The notes beneath the pieces are model-generated. The model saw nothing but the letters and a program-made list of their open reading frames with translations, did not search any database and was not told the origin of the DNA. This document shows positions 39,864 through 52,189 of a DNA stretch of 64,000 nt, piece after piece. Source of the DNA: Orbicella franksi. Its lineage: Eukaryota. The position numbers were made by a program, and so were the translations under genes. The stretch covers positions 22,072,001 through 22,136,000 of the forward strand of contig OZ116701.1 in assembly GCA_964199315.1 (NCBI GenBank), written 5' to 3'. Each line of letters begins with the position of its first letter. Position 1 is the stretch's first letter.

Positions 39864-40710
39864 AGTTCTGTCAAGAAACATGTATCATCCATAAAGCACA
39901 TCAAAGTGCTGGAGAATATTAAGAAAAGCAAGAAGAAAGATCAAAATATCAAGGATCTTCTTGCAAAAACAAGCGGAGGAGCAAAAGGATCCACACTACC
40001 TGAAGACATGAGGCTCTATCGATATGAGCTTGTGGAAGCTCTACTGAAGGCAGGTATTCCCCTTTTAAAAGTCGACAGTTTGCGACAATTTCTTGAAAAA
40101 TATGGTCATCGCTTGACATCTTGGAACCATCTAGGAGAATTCATTCCCATGATTCGTCAGAAGGAGATAGACTTTGTGAAATCCGAAATAGCTGCCAACA
40201 GTGCTTTTTCTGTGATCTTTGATGGGAGCACCAGACTTGGAGAAGCGTTGGCAATTATCGTTCGCTTCATTGACAAAGATTGGAATATACAGCAGAGGCT
40301 TCTCAAATTAGAAATTTTAGCCAAGAGCATGAATGCGGAAGAGCTTGCTCAAAGGCTGATTCAGTGCCTGGCTGTGGAGTATGGAATGCAACCAAACCAT
40401 CTTCTAGCAGCAAGGAGAGATGGTACATCAGTAAATGAAGCTGGATTATGTGAAGTCATGTTTTTCTTCCCCAATATTCTTAATGTCATCTGTTTCTCAC
40501 ACACAATCGATAATGTTGGGAAACTCTTTGAATTTAGTGTCCTAGACCCATTTTCTAGGTGTTGGAACACCATGTTTTCTCTCAGTCGAGCTGCTCAGCT
40601 GTTGTGGAAGACAAGAACTGGCACAGCAATGCGACTTCATTCCAAAACCAGATGGTGGAGCAAATGGGAAGTCCTCAATCAGGTCATGGAGTTTTTTGGG
40701 GATGTTGAGC
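39864..40710 (+). pseudogene. hAT transposase, N-terminal half
   Basis: KKHVSSIKH zinc-finger remnant; VIFDGST, RDG, CFSH and TRWWS motifs; ends FFGDVE at the insertion. Confidence 0.88.
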
Positions 40711-41057
40711 ACACACAGAGACTACTGGTTCTGGCGCAGCAGTGATAAAGGGCAGGAGAATGGACAAAAATAAACCTTCCACGTTCAACTTCCACACACC
40801 CACCCACGAAGTTGAATGTGGGAGGTTTATTTTTGTCCGTTCTCCTCCCCTTTATCACAGCAGCGTCCAGAACCAGTAGTCTCTATGTGTGTGTATGCAA
40901 CACAACATAAAAGAAAACAAAGCGTGGATGTGACACCGAAAATGCCTGCACTGATTATATACAAAAGTGCACCAGAAATATTTTCCTATTGAACAAGTAT
41001 CTGCACAGTATATACGCCGAGATGGCTGCCGCAAGATATTCGTCCGATGTTCTGCAA
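40711..41057 (+). repeat. left TIR, 347 bp, including a 180-nt hairpin at 40711-40890
   Basis: Reverse complement of 56586-56932 with 11 mismatches by manual count; AGTAGT at 40875-40880. Confidence 0.95.
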
Positions 41058-41375
41058 TCGAACAACTGTCAACTTTCCGAGGCCATTCAAAACCTCCCTC
41101 CAGAGCTTCGTGAAATAATTTACAAGGAGTATGTCGCAATAAAAATGAGAGAAAGAAAGGCAATGGGCTGGGATAAGGTGTATGACGAGATTGAAGAGGC
41201 GGCATTCTGTGAAAAACGATCAAGAATTGTAAAGGCCATGTTTTGCCGTAAATGCAAATCCTGTCTTGTAAAAAGACTCTGTTACGAGTGTTCTAAAAAT
41301 GGAGTAAAACACTATCTCGGCTACCGCATATATGACGAGAACGCCTACGCCGAAATCTTTAAGAAATTTTACTGA
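41022..41375 (+). CDS. small Polinton ORF with an F-box-like motif and a Cys cluster
   Basis: ATG lies inside the TIR; IQNLPPELREIIYKEY followed by C..CRKCKSC..CYEC; uninterrupted. Confidence 0.6.
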   Translation: MAAARYSSDVLQSNNCQLSEAIQNLPPELREIIYKEYVAIKMRERKAMGWDKVYDEIEEAAFCEKRSRIVKAMFCRKCKSCLVKRLCYECSKNGVKHYLGYRIYDENAYAEIFKKFY

Positions 41376-42521
41376 GTGGCAACGATATTAACCTTCGTTC
41401 GAAGCAATAGTTTTGTTTTGAAATCTGTGAGTTGCGCGACATTTTTCTCAGAAAGACTGGAACCAAATATTTATATTCCCAGGCCTTGGACGAGCAGTAC
41501 TGAAAAACATGGAGGACAACTCAAGATTTTTTTGTTTGGGCCGAAAAAAACAAACCAGAACAGAATTTACAAAAAAAATACGCTCAGTAAACGCGCTGTA
41601 AGTTACTTTTTTCACCACAGAAGCTGCCGAAGTGAAGCGAGCAGTAGGAAACAAGAAAATAGCAAGATTTGATCACAGCGTTCAATCAATCGTAACATGA
41701 AATATTCCTTGAACAAGGGACTCAATCGAGCCCGTTTAAGTTTTCTCTGCTTCTCGCATGGCTTCAACGACTTGATATGTTATCTGTCTGGACTCTTTCA
41801 GCCAAACGGGTGTAGAAAGTTCCATGAAAATAAAGCAAATCATGTGGAAAAGCACAACCATTTTGGCCTTCAGAAGTGCTGTTGGGATATAATTTATTCA
41901 GCCAATCTCTAATTATAGCAAGCATGACATCATCTGGCCCCCCAAAAGCACATGCATATGCGTGAAAATACTGCGAAATTTAGGCAAAGGACACAGAAGC
42001 TACACCACGAGTGATAGGAGAGGCGAATGGATCAATATATAAAGCTTGCAGCATTATTCTTGTAATTAGCAAGCAAATGAAGGTGCTTTTGGATGAGAGG
42101 TTGGCCCCCTCTGATTCCTAATATGGCACGTACAGGCGCTTGTCAGGGGTATGGGGTGAGGCCGTCCACGGCAACAACCCCGGGTGAACCCGTCCCGGCC
42201 CAGTGGAGACTGGGGGGTGCTCAGAGGTCCCTCAGGATCTCAAACCTCGTTCCCAGAGGTAAAATGGGAATCGACAGCCGCCTTGTCAGCGGCGGGAAAG
42301 TCCTAGCTGGGGCTAGGCAAGAACAGCCAATGAGCACCCCCAACAAGGCTTTTGCCCTTTTGTGTGACATGTCACGCAACGTCACGCGTGACAGTAACGT
42401 AACCCAGTCACGCAACGTCACGCGTGAAGGTAACGCGGTGTAACACAATCATCTGTTTTTAATAAGACTTAGAGATAGTTTTGTGTTTTTCGCTCAAAAT
42501 TTAGCTCAAAGTTGTGCTGGA

Positions 42522-43149
42522 CTACGCAAGATTTTTTATAAATTCTTGCTGAAGCTGGTTTTTCATTTTTTCAATATCTGGCTGGAGTGGATTTGTTTGT
42601 TTTTGCGCAAAGTTTGAGCGTAAAGTCTCTTTAAGTTGGCGATATTTCTGCATTTCACGTGTGGTCAGTTGAAACTCCGTGTCAGAAACACGATTATCAT
42701 TCAGAGCTTGTGAGACAGCTGTTTATCGAGTCATGTTTTGCAATAGCCAGAGAATGGATTCTCGAGTGTTTATTAATTTTGCGTTCAAGCTTCTTGTTGA
42801 CAATGGACAGGCCAGTGGAAACTGCGCCAGATAAAGCTGCTATTGCGGCAACAGGCGTGCCGATAACAATTCCAACACCAGTGAGTGTTGTTGCAACAGC
42901 CCCAGAAGACAGAGCTGCCGTGACAGCGCCAAGGCCAACCACGGAATAGTGAAGTGCTTTTCGGGCTTTTTTATATTTTTTCAACACAAGCCTGTAATGC
43001 TCAACCTCAACAGATATTTCTTTTTCAATTTTACTTATTTCAGTTAGCCGGAAATTATCGGCATTTGTCGTTTCGGGAAGGCTTGGAGAGATTCTGCTTT
43101 CATTTTCTGCAGGCGGCACGCTTGGAGGTAACAGATTTGCAGAAGACAT
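42522..43149 (-). pseudogene. Polinton protein with coiled coils and a central Gly/Ala-rich hydrophobic hairpin (putatively membrane-active)
   Basis: NFRLTEIS..VVGLGAVTAALSSGAVATTLTGVGIVIGTPVAAIAALSG..; continues after frameshifts as VSQALNDNRVSDTEFQL. Confidence 0.7.
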
Positions 43150-43164
43150 TGTATATAAAGAAAT

Positions 43165-43837
43165 TTAATTTAACTCTAATTCAAAAAGAAGCGGGAAGCC
43201 CTTGAAATCAAAGAGTTTGCCATTTCCATCTTTGATGCTAATAGTTATGCTATTTATGAACTTGTCTGTAGAACAGTCTCGCAAAACCTGTTGCGGAGAA
43301 CCGTGGTAGCTTACCTTTTCAAAAGGCTTCCCTTTCACATCAAACAGAGCTAAGACATCTGACCTTTTGCTATTGAACAGATTCCGTTCTGTGTCGATCA
43401 AATAACAATGAATGAAATGTCATTGGAGATGTAAGCTGTTTTACAAAGGTTATAGGCGACAACTTTCGCCCAATACCAAGCAAAGTGGCTAAATCGCGAT
43501 CAAGTTCAATCGGTTTTTTCCCCAAATTTATCATTACAAGCTGGCCAACAGGTTGATTTATTGCTGTTTGCAACTCTTTATATTTATATTTGTCGAACAG
43601 ACCTTCTATTTCTTTTGCCATCCTTTCTAAACTATAATGCCCTGGCATTATTTTACTGATTGACAAAGCTATATCTTTGTCTTTATCTCCCAAGGTGGCT
43701 GAACCTTCTTTTTTCAAAGTGTCCCAGCTGTTCAATAAACTACAAGATATGAGTTTCATGAAATGGACTTTCAGTATCGGTTCTTCAAAATAGATAGTCT
43801 CTCCATTCTCTTGCGTGACAATAGTGAGAACAACTAT
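43165..43837 (-). pseudogene. minor capsid protein (penton-like), frameshifted
   Basis: PGHYSLE; IHCDLIDTERNLFN..SDVLALF; SITISIKDGNGKLFDFKGFPLLFELEL is the typical Polinton minor capsid C-terminus; the start appears to be ATG>ATA. Confidence 0.8.
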
Positions 43838-43872
43838 TTTATATTTAACAAACAAAATTGTGTTCAAATACA

Positions 43873-45499
43873 ATGGCGAATCCGTGGAAAGATCCTGAGT
43901 TTTTGAAAAAAGCGGCAATCGCAAAGGAAAAGGCATGGACAAATTTTTTAAACCACTTTCCAAAAGCGGACAAAAGCCGGTTCGTTTCACAAGAAAGCAT
44001 CGACGAGAAAAATAACACAACCGCAGAGGTGTTTTTCAAAGAAAGCGAAGGCTCGTTTCAAAGCGTCTTCGGTTCAGACAGGCGGTATTGGAGCACGGAA
44101 ATGAAACAGGCGCTCGGTTTGGGAGACAGCGGAGGTTTTCCTTATCAACTGTTGCCACTTGGTTCAAAAGTTTCTTTGCCCATCCCTGCGGAACCTTTCG
44201 ACGGAAAAGTGCCAAGCTTGAAGAAAATATTCAACACCGAAATCAAAATCTACGTCATGCCTGACCAATATTTCACAACAAAATTCAGAGAAATATTTCA
44301 AAAAACCACACTGAGGCACACTTCTGGAGCCAAATCAAAACACTGGTTAGGAGGGCCTGACATGAAATATTGGCCGCAACAGCTCAACTTCGCGGACACA
44401 GGGGTGTGGAATTTCTCGCGAAATATTTGACAACGGGATAAATCTGCCCCAGCAGATAAGAGCTTTTTACAAATTCCACGTGTATTTCACTGTCGGGTGC
44501 CTTTTGTACCAGCTAGGAGGTATTCAGAGCATGAGCGCTTTGCCCGGAGACCCACCTTTCAACCAATTCAATAATCATTATGACGTTGCTTTGTACAAAA
44601 GGCTATGCAACGAGTTTTGTATAGATCTGTCGAGTGATTTCCGCTACAAGCATGGGGCAAACCATGGGCTTGGAAGTGTTTACCTCTATGTGTCTGGCGT
44701 GTCGAAAACTGACTACCTATACCAGGCATGGAACAAATTCAGTGATGAAGGCGGCAAAGCTATTCAACGAAACCTGATTTATTACATCGAGCCGGGGGGC
44801 CCTTCTGATACCCAATCGGACTGGTTCTCACCAAACACAGCATCTGGTTTGACGCAGGCTGGCTTGTCGAGAATAAATCAGTCAATCGAGGCTTTCATTT
44901 ACTGCATACTGGGATCGCAAGTCAATGTGAGAAGTAGCATTCTCAGTTCTGGTGGCCGGGCGAAAGAAGCCCAAAGCGAGTTCCTGGTGCTGATGGAAGA
45001 TGCGATCAGACAACCTGACCTGGCCGCGAGCGTGCAAAGATACCAGCTCACGGTAGACCAAACGAAGGTTAGGCTCAATCTTGCTGTAGCCCCCATCCCC
45101 TAGCTTATGCCCACGCAAATGATAATCAACACCGAAAGTACAATCGGTTACAATAACAAGCTGAAACAGGCGGTTTCTGGGATGAAACTGGGGGTAAACA
45201 ACAAGGTAAACCCGGAGACAAAAAATGCTGCGCTCAAACTAATGGCAGGCGGCCCGTCAAAAATTAACCCTCCCAACAGCCATCCCTCCAACCTGATACA
45301 CAAAGCTGCAACAACCGAATCAAGGAAATCAGCTTCGACTGAAACTCAACAAGCACAACCAACGGCACAAAAAATAGAGCACAAGGCTCCAGATAAAACA
45401 CCGCAACATGAAATAAACAAAACAGCAGTAATTGTCAGTGTAGTAGGCTTATCGGCTTTGATGTTTATGGCTTGGCGGTACATTAATGCCGCTTATTAA
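43873..45499 (+). pseudogene. uncharacterised ~540-aa Polinton protein with a C-terminal TM helix
   Basis: Three ORF pieces joined by a frameshift near 44397 (YWPQQLNFA..GCGIS) and an in-frame TAG at 45101-45103; ends TAVIVSVVGLSALMFMAWR. Confidence 0.7.
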
Positions 45500-46904
45500 G
45501 ATATTGTTCGAACAAAAAGGCCACTGTGGCAAGAATAAGCAGCCAGGTGTGCTCGGCCAGAAACCCGATGGCTTGGCCCGCAGCTTTGAATAGAAAGCTC
45601 ACAATTGAGCCAATTAGCCCGGGCAGCAGAGAACCAAGTTTCGCACCAATATCTTTTACATTACTTCCCAAAGCCTTACCAGTGGCTTTCAAAGTGTTTG
45701 TGAGGGCTCTGATGACAGCTCCGATTGTGACCCCGGCAGCAAGAAGAACAGCGGTCAATGTCACACCATTTTTTTTGAAGATCTCTTTGACCCTTTCCAA
45801 GAGAGGCCACCCCCTTTCCCTTTCCACAATCTGAGTTGGCAAACGCGTGATCTCCTCCTTTCTTTCTGCCACTCTGCCTTCTGCGGCTTCTTTGTTGGAG
45901 GGCGAGGCATTCTCATCTTGGATGATTGCCTGGTCTTCCTCGCTTTGGCGCTGCAGCTCGCTTTCCTGCTCTTTCAGGTCGTCCAACGGTTTTGTTTGGT
46001 TTAGCCTTTCTTCCATGGTGTTTGTTTCACTTTCTTTTGCTGCGAGGCTGGCCCTGAGTCTGTCAACCTTGGCTTGTTCTTTTTCTCTGTTTCTTGCTTT
46101 TTTTGTAAGCAAGTCCAATTCTTTTTTCTTGTTTTCAAGATCGGTTTGATAGTTCTTTTTCAGTTCTTTCAGCCTACGCAGCTCTGCTTCACTTTCAAGA
46201 TTCGAACCTTGATTATCCTGAATGGCATCAATCTGAGCATGAGTTTGCTCGATTTTACGTCTCAGAACTTCCACTTCTTTCTTTTCTTCTTCTCTTTGCG
46301 AAGAGAGTGTTTCCGCCTGTTGTAGTTAGTTTTCAGCTTCTATCAGGCTTTGGCGTTGTTCTCTGATTGTATCTCAGTCTTCGGCTCTTATTTCTTCAGC
46401 CCTCAGCCCAAGTTTATCTTTGAAGCTGTCTAAAAAACTTTTCATTAAGCCTGACTCATCATCTTTTAGAATCTTGTACTCACCATTTTTTGGCCCCTCA
46501 GCAACGATTTTTCCCTCATTTTTTCCATTGCCTCTTCTAATTTTGATTTTTTCCAAATTTGCTTTAGGGAATTTGCCTTTTATCGTATCTACAGCTTTTT
46601 TGAGTTTTTGCTGCAAATAACTTTCTTTTTGAATATCACTGATTGAAGGTGTTCTTTCAAGCAAAGGGTTTTCTTCCTGATAAGAAGTGTCAGGCAGGCC
46701 TGACTGCTCATGCTGCAAAGTACGCATTTCCATTTGTTCACCCACGTGGTAGGGAGCGCCAGGTTGGTAGGGAGTGGATGCCGTGCCTGGCTGAAAAGGT
46801 TGGGTTCTCTCAACCTCTTGTTCCTCATCATCATCATCATTGTGGTCAAGCTGATTGTCAAGGTCCGGGTCTTTGTAACGAAATTCGCCACTGCCTTCCA
46901 CCAT
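45483..46904 (-). pseudogene. Polinton protein: acidic N-terminus, long coiled coil, C-terminal hydrophobic helices
   Basis: ORFs 46374-46904 and 45483-46274 are separated by a frameshift; GVTLTAVLLAAGVTIGAVI..LPGLIGSIVSFLF..WLLILATVAFLF. Confidence 0.7.
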
Positions 46905-46966
46905 AGCGATATATTTCAATTCTGTTATTTTTAAATTAGAAAATAATCGCCAGTTTATTATACGAA

Positions 46967-48181
46967 ATGTCAGTGCCAGAGAACCTTCGCCCAACGTACA
47001 ACGAAAAGACATTACACGCCATGCAGGCCGAGCGCGCGGTCAAGCGAATCACCTTTATCCGTTCTGAAGCCAACCCCGGCGATAAGCTGTATGTTTCCGT
47101 GCCCAAACTGAACGAGAATGAGAACAAGGTTCTGGTGCCGGGCTTGCTAGTGCCTCGCTTTGACATCGACATTTCTGGGGGGCACGCCAACAACTTCCTT
47201 GTTCAGAATGTCACGCGGGCGCTCCTTGACAGGCTGGTTGTGAAGTTTGCAGGCACTATCCTGCAAGACACGGTTGGATATGACATCTACAAAACTTTCG
47301 AAGACCTTTCCTTTCGCAGGAAAAGCGAGACGGCATGATTCTCGAAGGGATTCAGAGCGAGGATCTATGCAAGATCCGCTCAGGTGCGGGAGACAAGAAA
47401 ACCTCGGGCGTTGCCGCTGAAAACAAGCTGAACGAGGTATATGGAAGCAAGTACCGGATCAGGCTAGACCATCAGATTATAACCAACCACAGTGTTTTCT
47501 ACCCCCAGGCCCTTTACAACGACCTCACGTTCGATGTAAAACTTGTTGAAGCTATACGTGTGGTAAGAGGCTCCGACACAACCCAGCTGAAATACAAGCT
47601 GACCAACATCCAGCTAAAGTACAAAATTATCCGCAGCAAAACTCTGGCAGACGAGACACACAGCGTTTACTCCAGCAGCAAAGAGTTCACTTATGACCAC
47701 GTGATGCATGACAAAGAGGTGTCTGTCAAAAAAGGCACTGACACGAGGATCAACATCGAAGTCAACGCCCAAAGAAGGTCACTAAAAGCCCTCCTCCTCC
47801 TGTTTGTAGAGCCATATACTGCGGGCGACAGAGATTCAGAAAAATTCATCTTCCCGGATCTGACGAAAGTCAGCGTCATGGTCAACGGCTTGCCCAACAT
47901 GCTTTTCAACGACGGCATCGAAGGCAAGGACATGTGGGAAGAGGCCCACCGCTTCTTTGTGAAAGAGAAAAATAAAACCGAGCACATAAATGTGACAAAG
48001 TTTTACACTGATGATAAGTTCGGGCTTGTGATTGACATGCGCTCCATGGCAGATCAGTCGATGCACAGCAGCGAGTGAGTGGAAAGCCGAAGGCTCAGGC
48101 GACGTGAAATGCCATGTATTCGTAATCTCCGACTCCCAGTTCAACATTACGGACAGACAGCTAGAATCTTTACAGTTTTAA
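46967..48181 (+). pseudogene. major capsid protein (hexon-like double jelly roll), frameshifted
   Basis: ERAVKRITF..ANPGDKLYVSVPKL, NNFLVQNVTRAL, YKLTNIQL, INAQRRSLKALLLLF-type motif; C-terminus HVFVISDSQFNI..LESLQF. Confidence 0.82.
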
Positions 48182-48188
48182 ATATTAC

Positions 48189-48415
48189 ATGGACCCAAGC
48201 AAGATACCCTTCAACGCTCTCATTGTGGGACCAACAAATTCAGGCAAATCAAGGTTTGTGGTGGACCAGATCTACGGCCCTTTCCGCTTCAAGTTTGACT
48301 ACATCGTTCTCATCTGCCCAACATTCGCGCACAACAAGACCTACCACAAAATTGGTGTAAATGATCCAAGAATGGAGGTGATAGTATGCGAGCAGCACCA
48401 CGTGGAAAAGTGGTT
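48189..48415 (+). pseudogene. A32/FtsK-like packaging ATPase, truncated after Walker A
   Basis: ALIVGPTNSGKS..FDYIVLICPT; no Walker B, and the sequence jumps into an unrelated ORF at ~48415. Confidence 0.85.
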
Positions 48416-48765
48416 TGATCGACAGCTTCATTTTTCTTGTAACCAAAGCGGTCGGAATGACTATTAACATCAAAGATATCGATGCTTACCAAAAAGAGCT
48501 CAGAAACGACTACATCATAAACAAAGAGCTCTCCAATCTGGCCAGCAACCTTGCTTTGAAGTGCCACCGGTTTCTTGCTGCGGCCAACGCAGCGCTGATC
48601 ACCACAAAACATATTGATTTTAACACATTTGCAGAGAAGGGACGACGCAAAATTGGAAGAAATTCCTCAACAGCAATCCTCAACGCCTGCTGAGTGATTG
48701 CAGAACGACAGCAGAGTAATTTCTAAACATTATTATATTTTCTCAGCATACGCATTTGTTTCAGA

Positions 48766-51651
48766 ATGTCTACCGAACAATCCGAGAGCACACCTCAGGA
48801 CGAGACCCATACAGCACCTGCCGTGGATATCACGCAGCAAGCGATAACTCCAACTGCAACTATGCGCATAAAAAATCCCAAGCGTGTGGCTGCTGGAAAA
48901 ATGGTTGCTGAAAGAACGCGGCTGGCCCGCTCCTTCGAGCTACCTCATGGTATGTGGTAATTATTCTATGAAGCGCTGTCCTTTGCCTCTTTTGGAACTA
49001 AGAAGTGTTACATTTGTAAGGTGTTTTAGTTGAAAAGTGCATCATGTTAATAAGCAGCCATTAGTTGAGCATGATTATAGAAATAAGGTCTTCATCTAAT
49101 TAATATATGTAACATTTTGACAGGAAACATAATCCTTCAGTGTCTTTTTCTCTGTCTGGATTATGAAAATCAGCAGTGCAAATATTGTTTTGACAATTTG
49201 TGACAATTTCATTAGTTTGCACATCAGCACTGGATGTGTTAGGGTTTTGAACAAAACTCACCCCACTCTTCATGGGTGCTTGATTGTGAAGTTATGCCAT
49301 CTAACCATGAATTTTGCACTTTTATGCCTTCAGTTTTAAATAATTCACTAGTGTCTACAAGATATTTGGTTGCATCTAATACTTTCTTCGGTCTGACATT
49401 CTGAAACTGATAGTGATGCTTGTAACCAAGTCGCCTTTTAAGTTTTATTGGAATGGTCTGTGATTCACTTATTGGCCTTGGGAAACAATGAACAGTTGAA
49501 TTTACTTCACTTGGCACATTGACAATGTTTCCATGAATAGACAATTGACCACCCCTAGGTCGTTCACGGATTTGCATAAAAGGTCAGTACGAGGTGATAT
49601 TAGTCGCTCCTCTTGTGATGTGAAATTCAATACATTAGGCTTATAAGGAAAATCCATCTTATTGGCTTTAGAACAGCTGGGTAACTTGCCTTGTTTTAGA
49701 CCTTTTTTGATTGCAAGTTAGACAATTGCTTTTTTAGACTTTTTTTTAGACTTTTTTGTTTTTGCAAGTCATGGAGATCCATTCAGTTTCATTGACACTT
49801 TTAAAACCAGTAAGACAGGACTCAACAATGTCTAGTGAACACACCCTATATTTGTTTGGATCACATTTCACTACAGAGCACTTGAACCACATTATTGGTC
49901 ACAACAAGTGAATACATATTCTGGGCCACATGCAAAGTTTTTGTGAAACAAATTTGTCACAGAAATTGCATCGTATTTGTTTTCTTGTGGCTGCAACTCA
50001 TGACTGCTGCATGTTAGTTGCGGTACACTTGCCAGAGCCTCAGCCTTTTGTCTTTTTCTTACCGACTGTTTGTTTATTTGCCTTATGTGCTGCAGGCTCT
50101 CTGCTTTTTGTTTTCTGAAGGAGCGCAGCTCAATTTCTCTGACATGTTCTGGGTTCAATTTTCTTCTTTTAGCAGCCTGGTGTTTCTTGTTCCTAGATGT
50201 CTTACTATTAATGTTGCAGCCTTGTACTAGTGTTTGATTCTCATTTATTCTAAAGTTATCATCAGCTCTTCTGTCTTTCATGTATTCTCATGTATTTTCT
50301 TCTGTAAGCTTTACATTTTTCACTGCCATCAACTGGTTTGTTTTCTTCTGCATTTTTTGTTTGTTTGCTGTTGTTTCTTATCTCCATTGTTCTGTTTTCT
50401 ACTATGGAAACATAATGAAATTCATGTAGGTGTCCAATGTAAATGTTTAGGGCATTTGTAAGATTCACTGGTTCAACAACAGTAACTGGAGAAAAAGTTG
50501 AATTTGATTCAGCAATAGGAATTGATAAATAAAGTCAACTGGCAACAGCTTGAATTATGATAGCATCAGCCCATGTTCCTTGACATGACATTCTTTCCAA
50601 ATAACCTTGCCAAGAATGCTCAGTTCTACTTTCTATAAATTGTTCAGGGTGGTTCACTAAATACTGAATGCCAACACTGCACACATAGAAATGACTATTA
50701 GGATTTTCATAGAGTTGATGTGATAGAGCCCTAAAAAGCAATCACCACTTCCTCCAACACCAAGTGCAGTTCTGCCTAGCTGAGACAATCTGAATTTTAA
50801 TAAACAGACAGAATTTGTGGGTGATATAAAAGGTACTGATTTGCAATACTCATTTGCAGGACCAGGATTTGACTCCACATCTCTACTCGATGATATGATT
50901 CTGCTCAAAAAATGATACGTTTTCATTTGGAGCTGTCTTAGTTTTCTGAAAATATTACCTCCAGCTATCATACAAAACACAGGCAAGTTTTTATGCTTTG
51001 GAGTCCTTGTTTGAAAAATACACAAGCTTAAACTTTGTCCAATGAAATACTTCTTTGAGAAAATCATGAATTTTGAACTTTTATATTGCTCTGAGAAATG
51101 ACGATGGTATCCACACAACATAGCCTTCAGCTTGGAGCATTTCATGACATTAATTTTTTTTTTTTGCCATTAGAAAGTCTGGTAACCATTTTGTAAGAAA
51201 TTCTGGAGGGCTCTCTTTCACGCGTCATTCTAAACTGAGGATGGGAGATAATGGTAGCTCTAGAATTCCATACATTCACATTTTTATCCGCATTTCTGTA
51301 CTGACGATTACTTGACAACTGAACTGGTATATTTTGATTTTCAAACTGCTCGGGTATTGTAGGATTACCTTTGATAATCATTCGCTCCTGACCTTGGTGT
51401 AGGTATTCAGGTAACAGATCATCTGTTTGATGTTTTGAGAAAAAAATAGCAGTCTCAGCACCACCCAATGGCTTGCTGTTGCCAGCATGGTCGTTTCACT
51501 GGTCGGGATTTATTACAAATGTGAAGAGCTCAAGGCTATGGCCAAGGCCGCATTTGACAAAAAAATGCCTGAGCCCGCGCCTGAGCCTGTGCGTGTTGAG
51601 CCAGAACTTGCTCGCGCAGCACAGCCAAAAGGTTTAAGAAAAATGATTTAA
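48766..51651 (+). pseudogene. small Polinton gene (KNPKRVAAGK motif and TM helix) split by the Helitron-like insert
   Basis: N-terminal part 48766-48930; probable C-terminal part QWLAVASMVVSLVGIYYK..KGLRKMI* at ~51466-51651. Confidence 0.55.
48931..51461 (-). mobile_element. Helitron/Helentron-like fragment (2A-like motif, OTU domain, DUF6570-like region)
   Basis: DVESNPGP; GGSGDC/LFRALSHQLY..GTWADAIIIQAVA (OTU); QIRERPRGGQLSIHGNIVNVP..IKLKRRL..VRPKKV. AT-richer than the surrounding Polinton; canonical termini not seen. Confidence 0.75.
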
Positions 51652-51678
51652 ACTTTTCCGAGTGGAATATATATCAAC

Positions 51679-51906
51679 ATGCTTAAAGTTGACACTCCCC
51701 AGGTTCTCATCTCTTCAGCCGCAATTTTTGGTATCACGCTGTTATGGAACGACATCAACGTAAAGGTTTTTCATACAGTCCGAGATCTTTTGAGTGCAAC
51801 ATTTATTGATAAGGAAGGAGAAGAAATAAGAAGAGAAAAAGAAGGAGAGGAAATAAGAAGAATAGAAGACGAAGAAGAAGAAGAAGCCGCGGGAAAGACA
51901 GATTAA
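51679..51906 (+). CDS. small Polinton ORF with a hydrophobic N-terminus and acidic tail
   Basis: Intact 75 aa with an internal KEGEEIRR duplication. Confidence 0.5.
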   Translation: MLKVDTPQVLISSAAIFGITLLWNDINVKVFHTVRDLLSATFIDKEGEEIRREKEGEEIRRIEDEEEEEAAGKTD

Positions 51907-51949
51907 TTTTGTTTTAAACTTTTGTTATTTTCCTAATATCTAATGCACC

Positions 51950-52153
51950 ATGTCAGACAACAAGCTTGTTAAGACCATCATTGACGCCGCTACCATCACT
52001 GGCTTGGCCGCAAAAAAGGTTGTAAAAGAGAATTTTACTTCTGATCCCAGCAGCAGTGCGATGAATTACGTGAAGTTCACCGCAGTCGTGGCGGGCAGCA
52101 TTGCACTCAAACAGTACCTCAAGGACCAAAAAATCCTTCCCACCAGCGACTGA
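51950..52153 (+). CDS. small Polinton structural-type ORF
   Basis: Intact 67 aa in the compact co-oriented cluster: KLVKTIIDAATITGLAA..MNYVKFTAVVAGSIALKQYL. Confidence 0.6.
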   Translation: MSDNKLVKTIIDAATITGLAAKKVVKENFTSDPSSSAMNYVKFTAVVAGSIALKQYLKDQKILPTSD

Positions 52154-52189
52154 AATTAATGATTTAAAAAAAGACTGCTATATAACACC

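Noticed and set aside
40855-41223. Antisense ORFs at 40855-41223 and 56570-56791 with near-identical peptides
   Set aside because: A by-product of the TIR duplication, opposite the real inward-facing genes.
42093-42443. 116-aa ORF in the Polinton gap
   Set aside because: No recognisable motif, and it overlaps the direct repeats; more likely a non-coding regulatory region.
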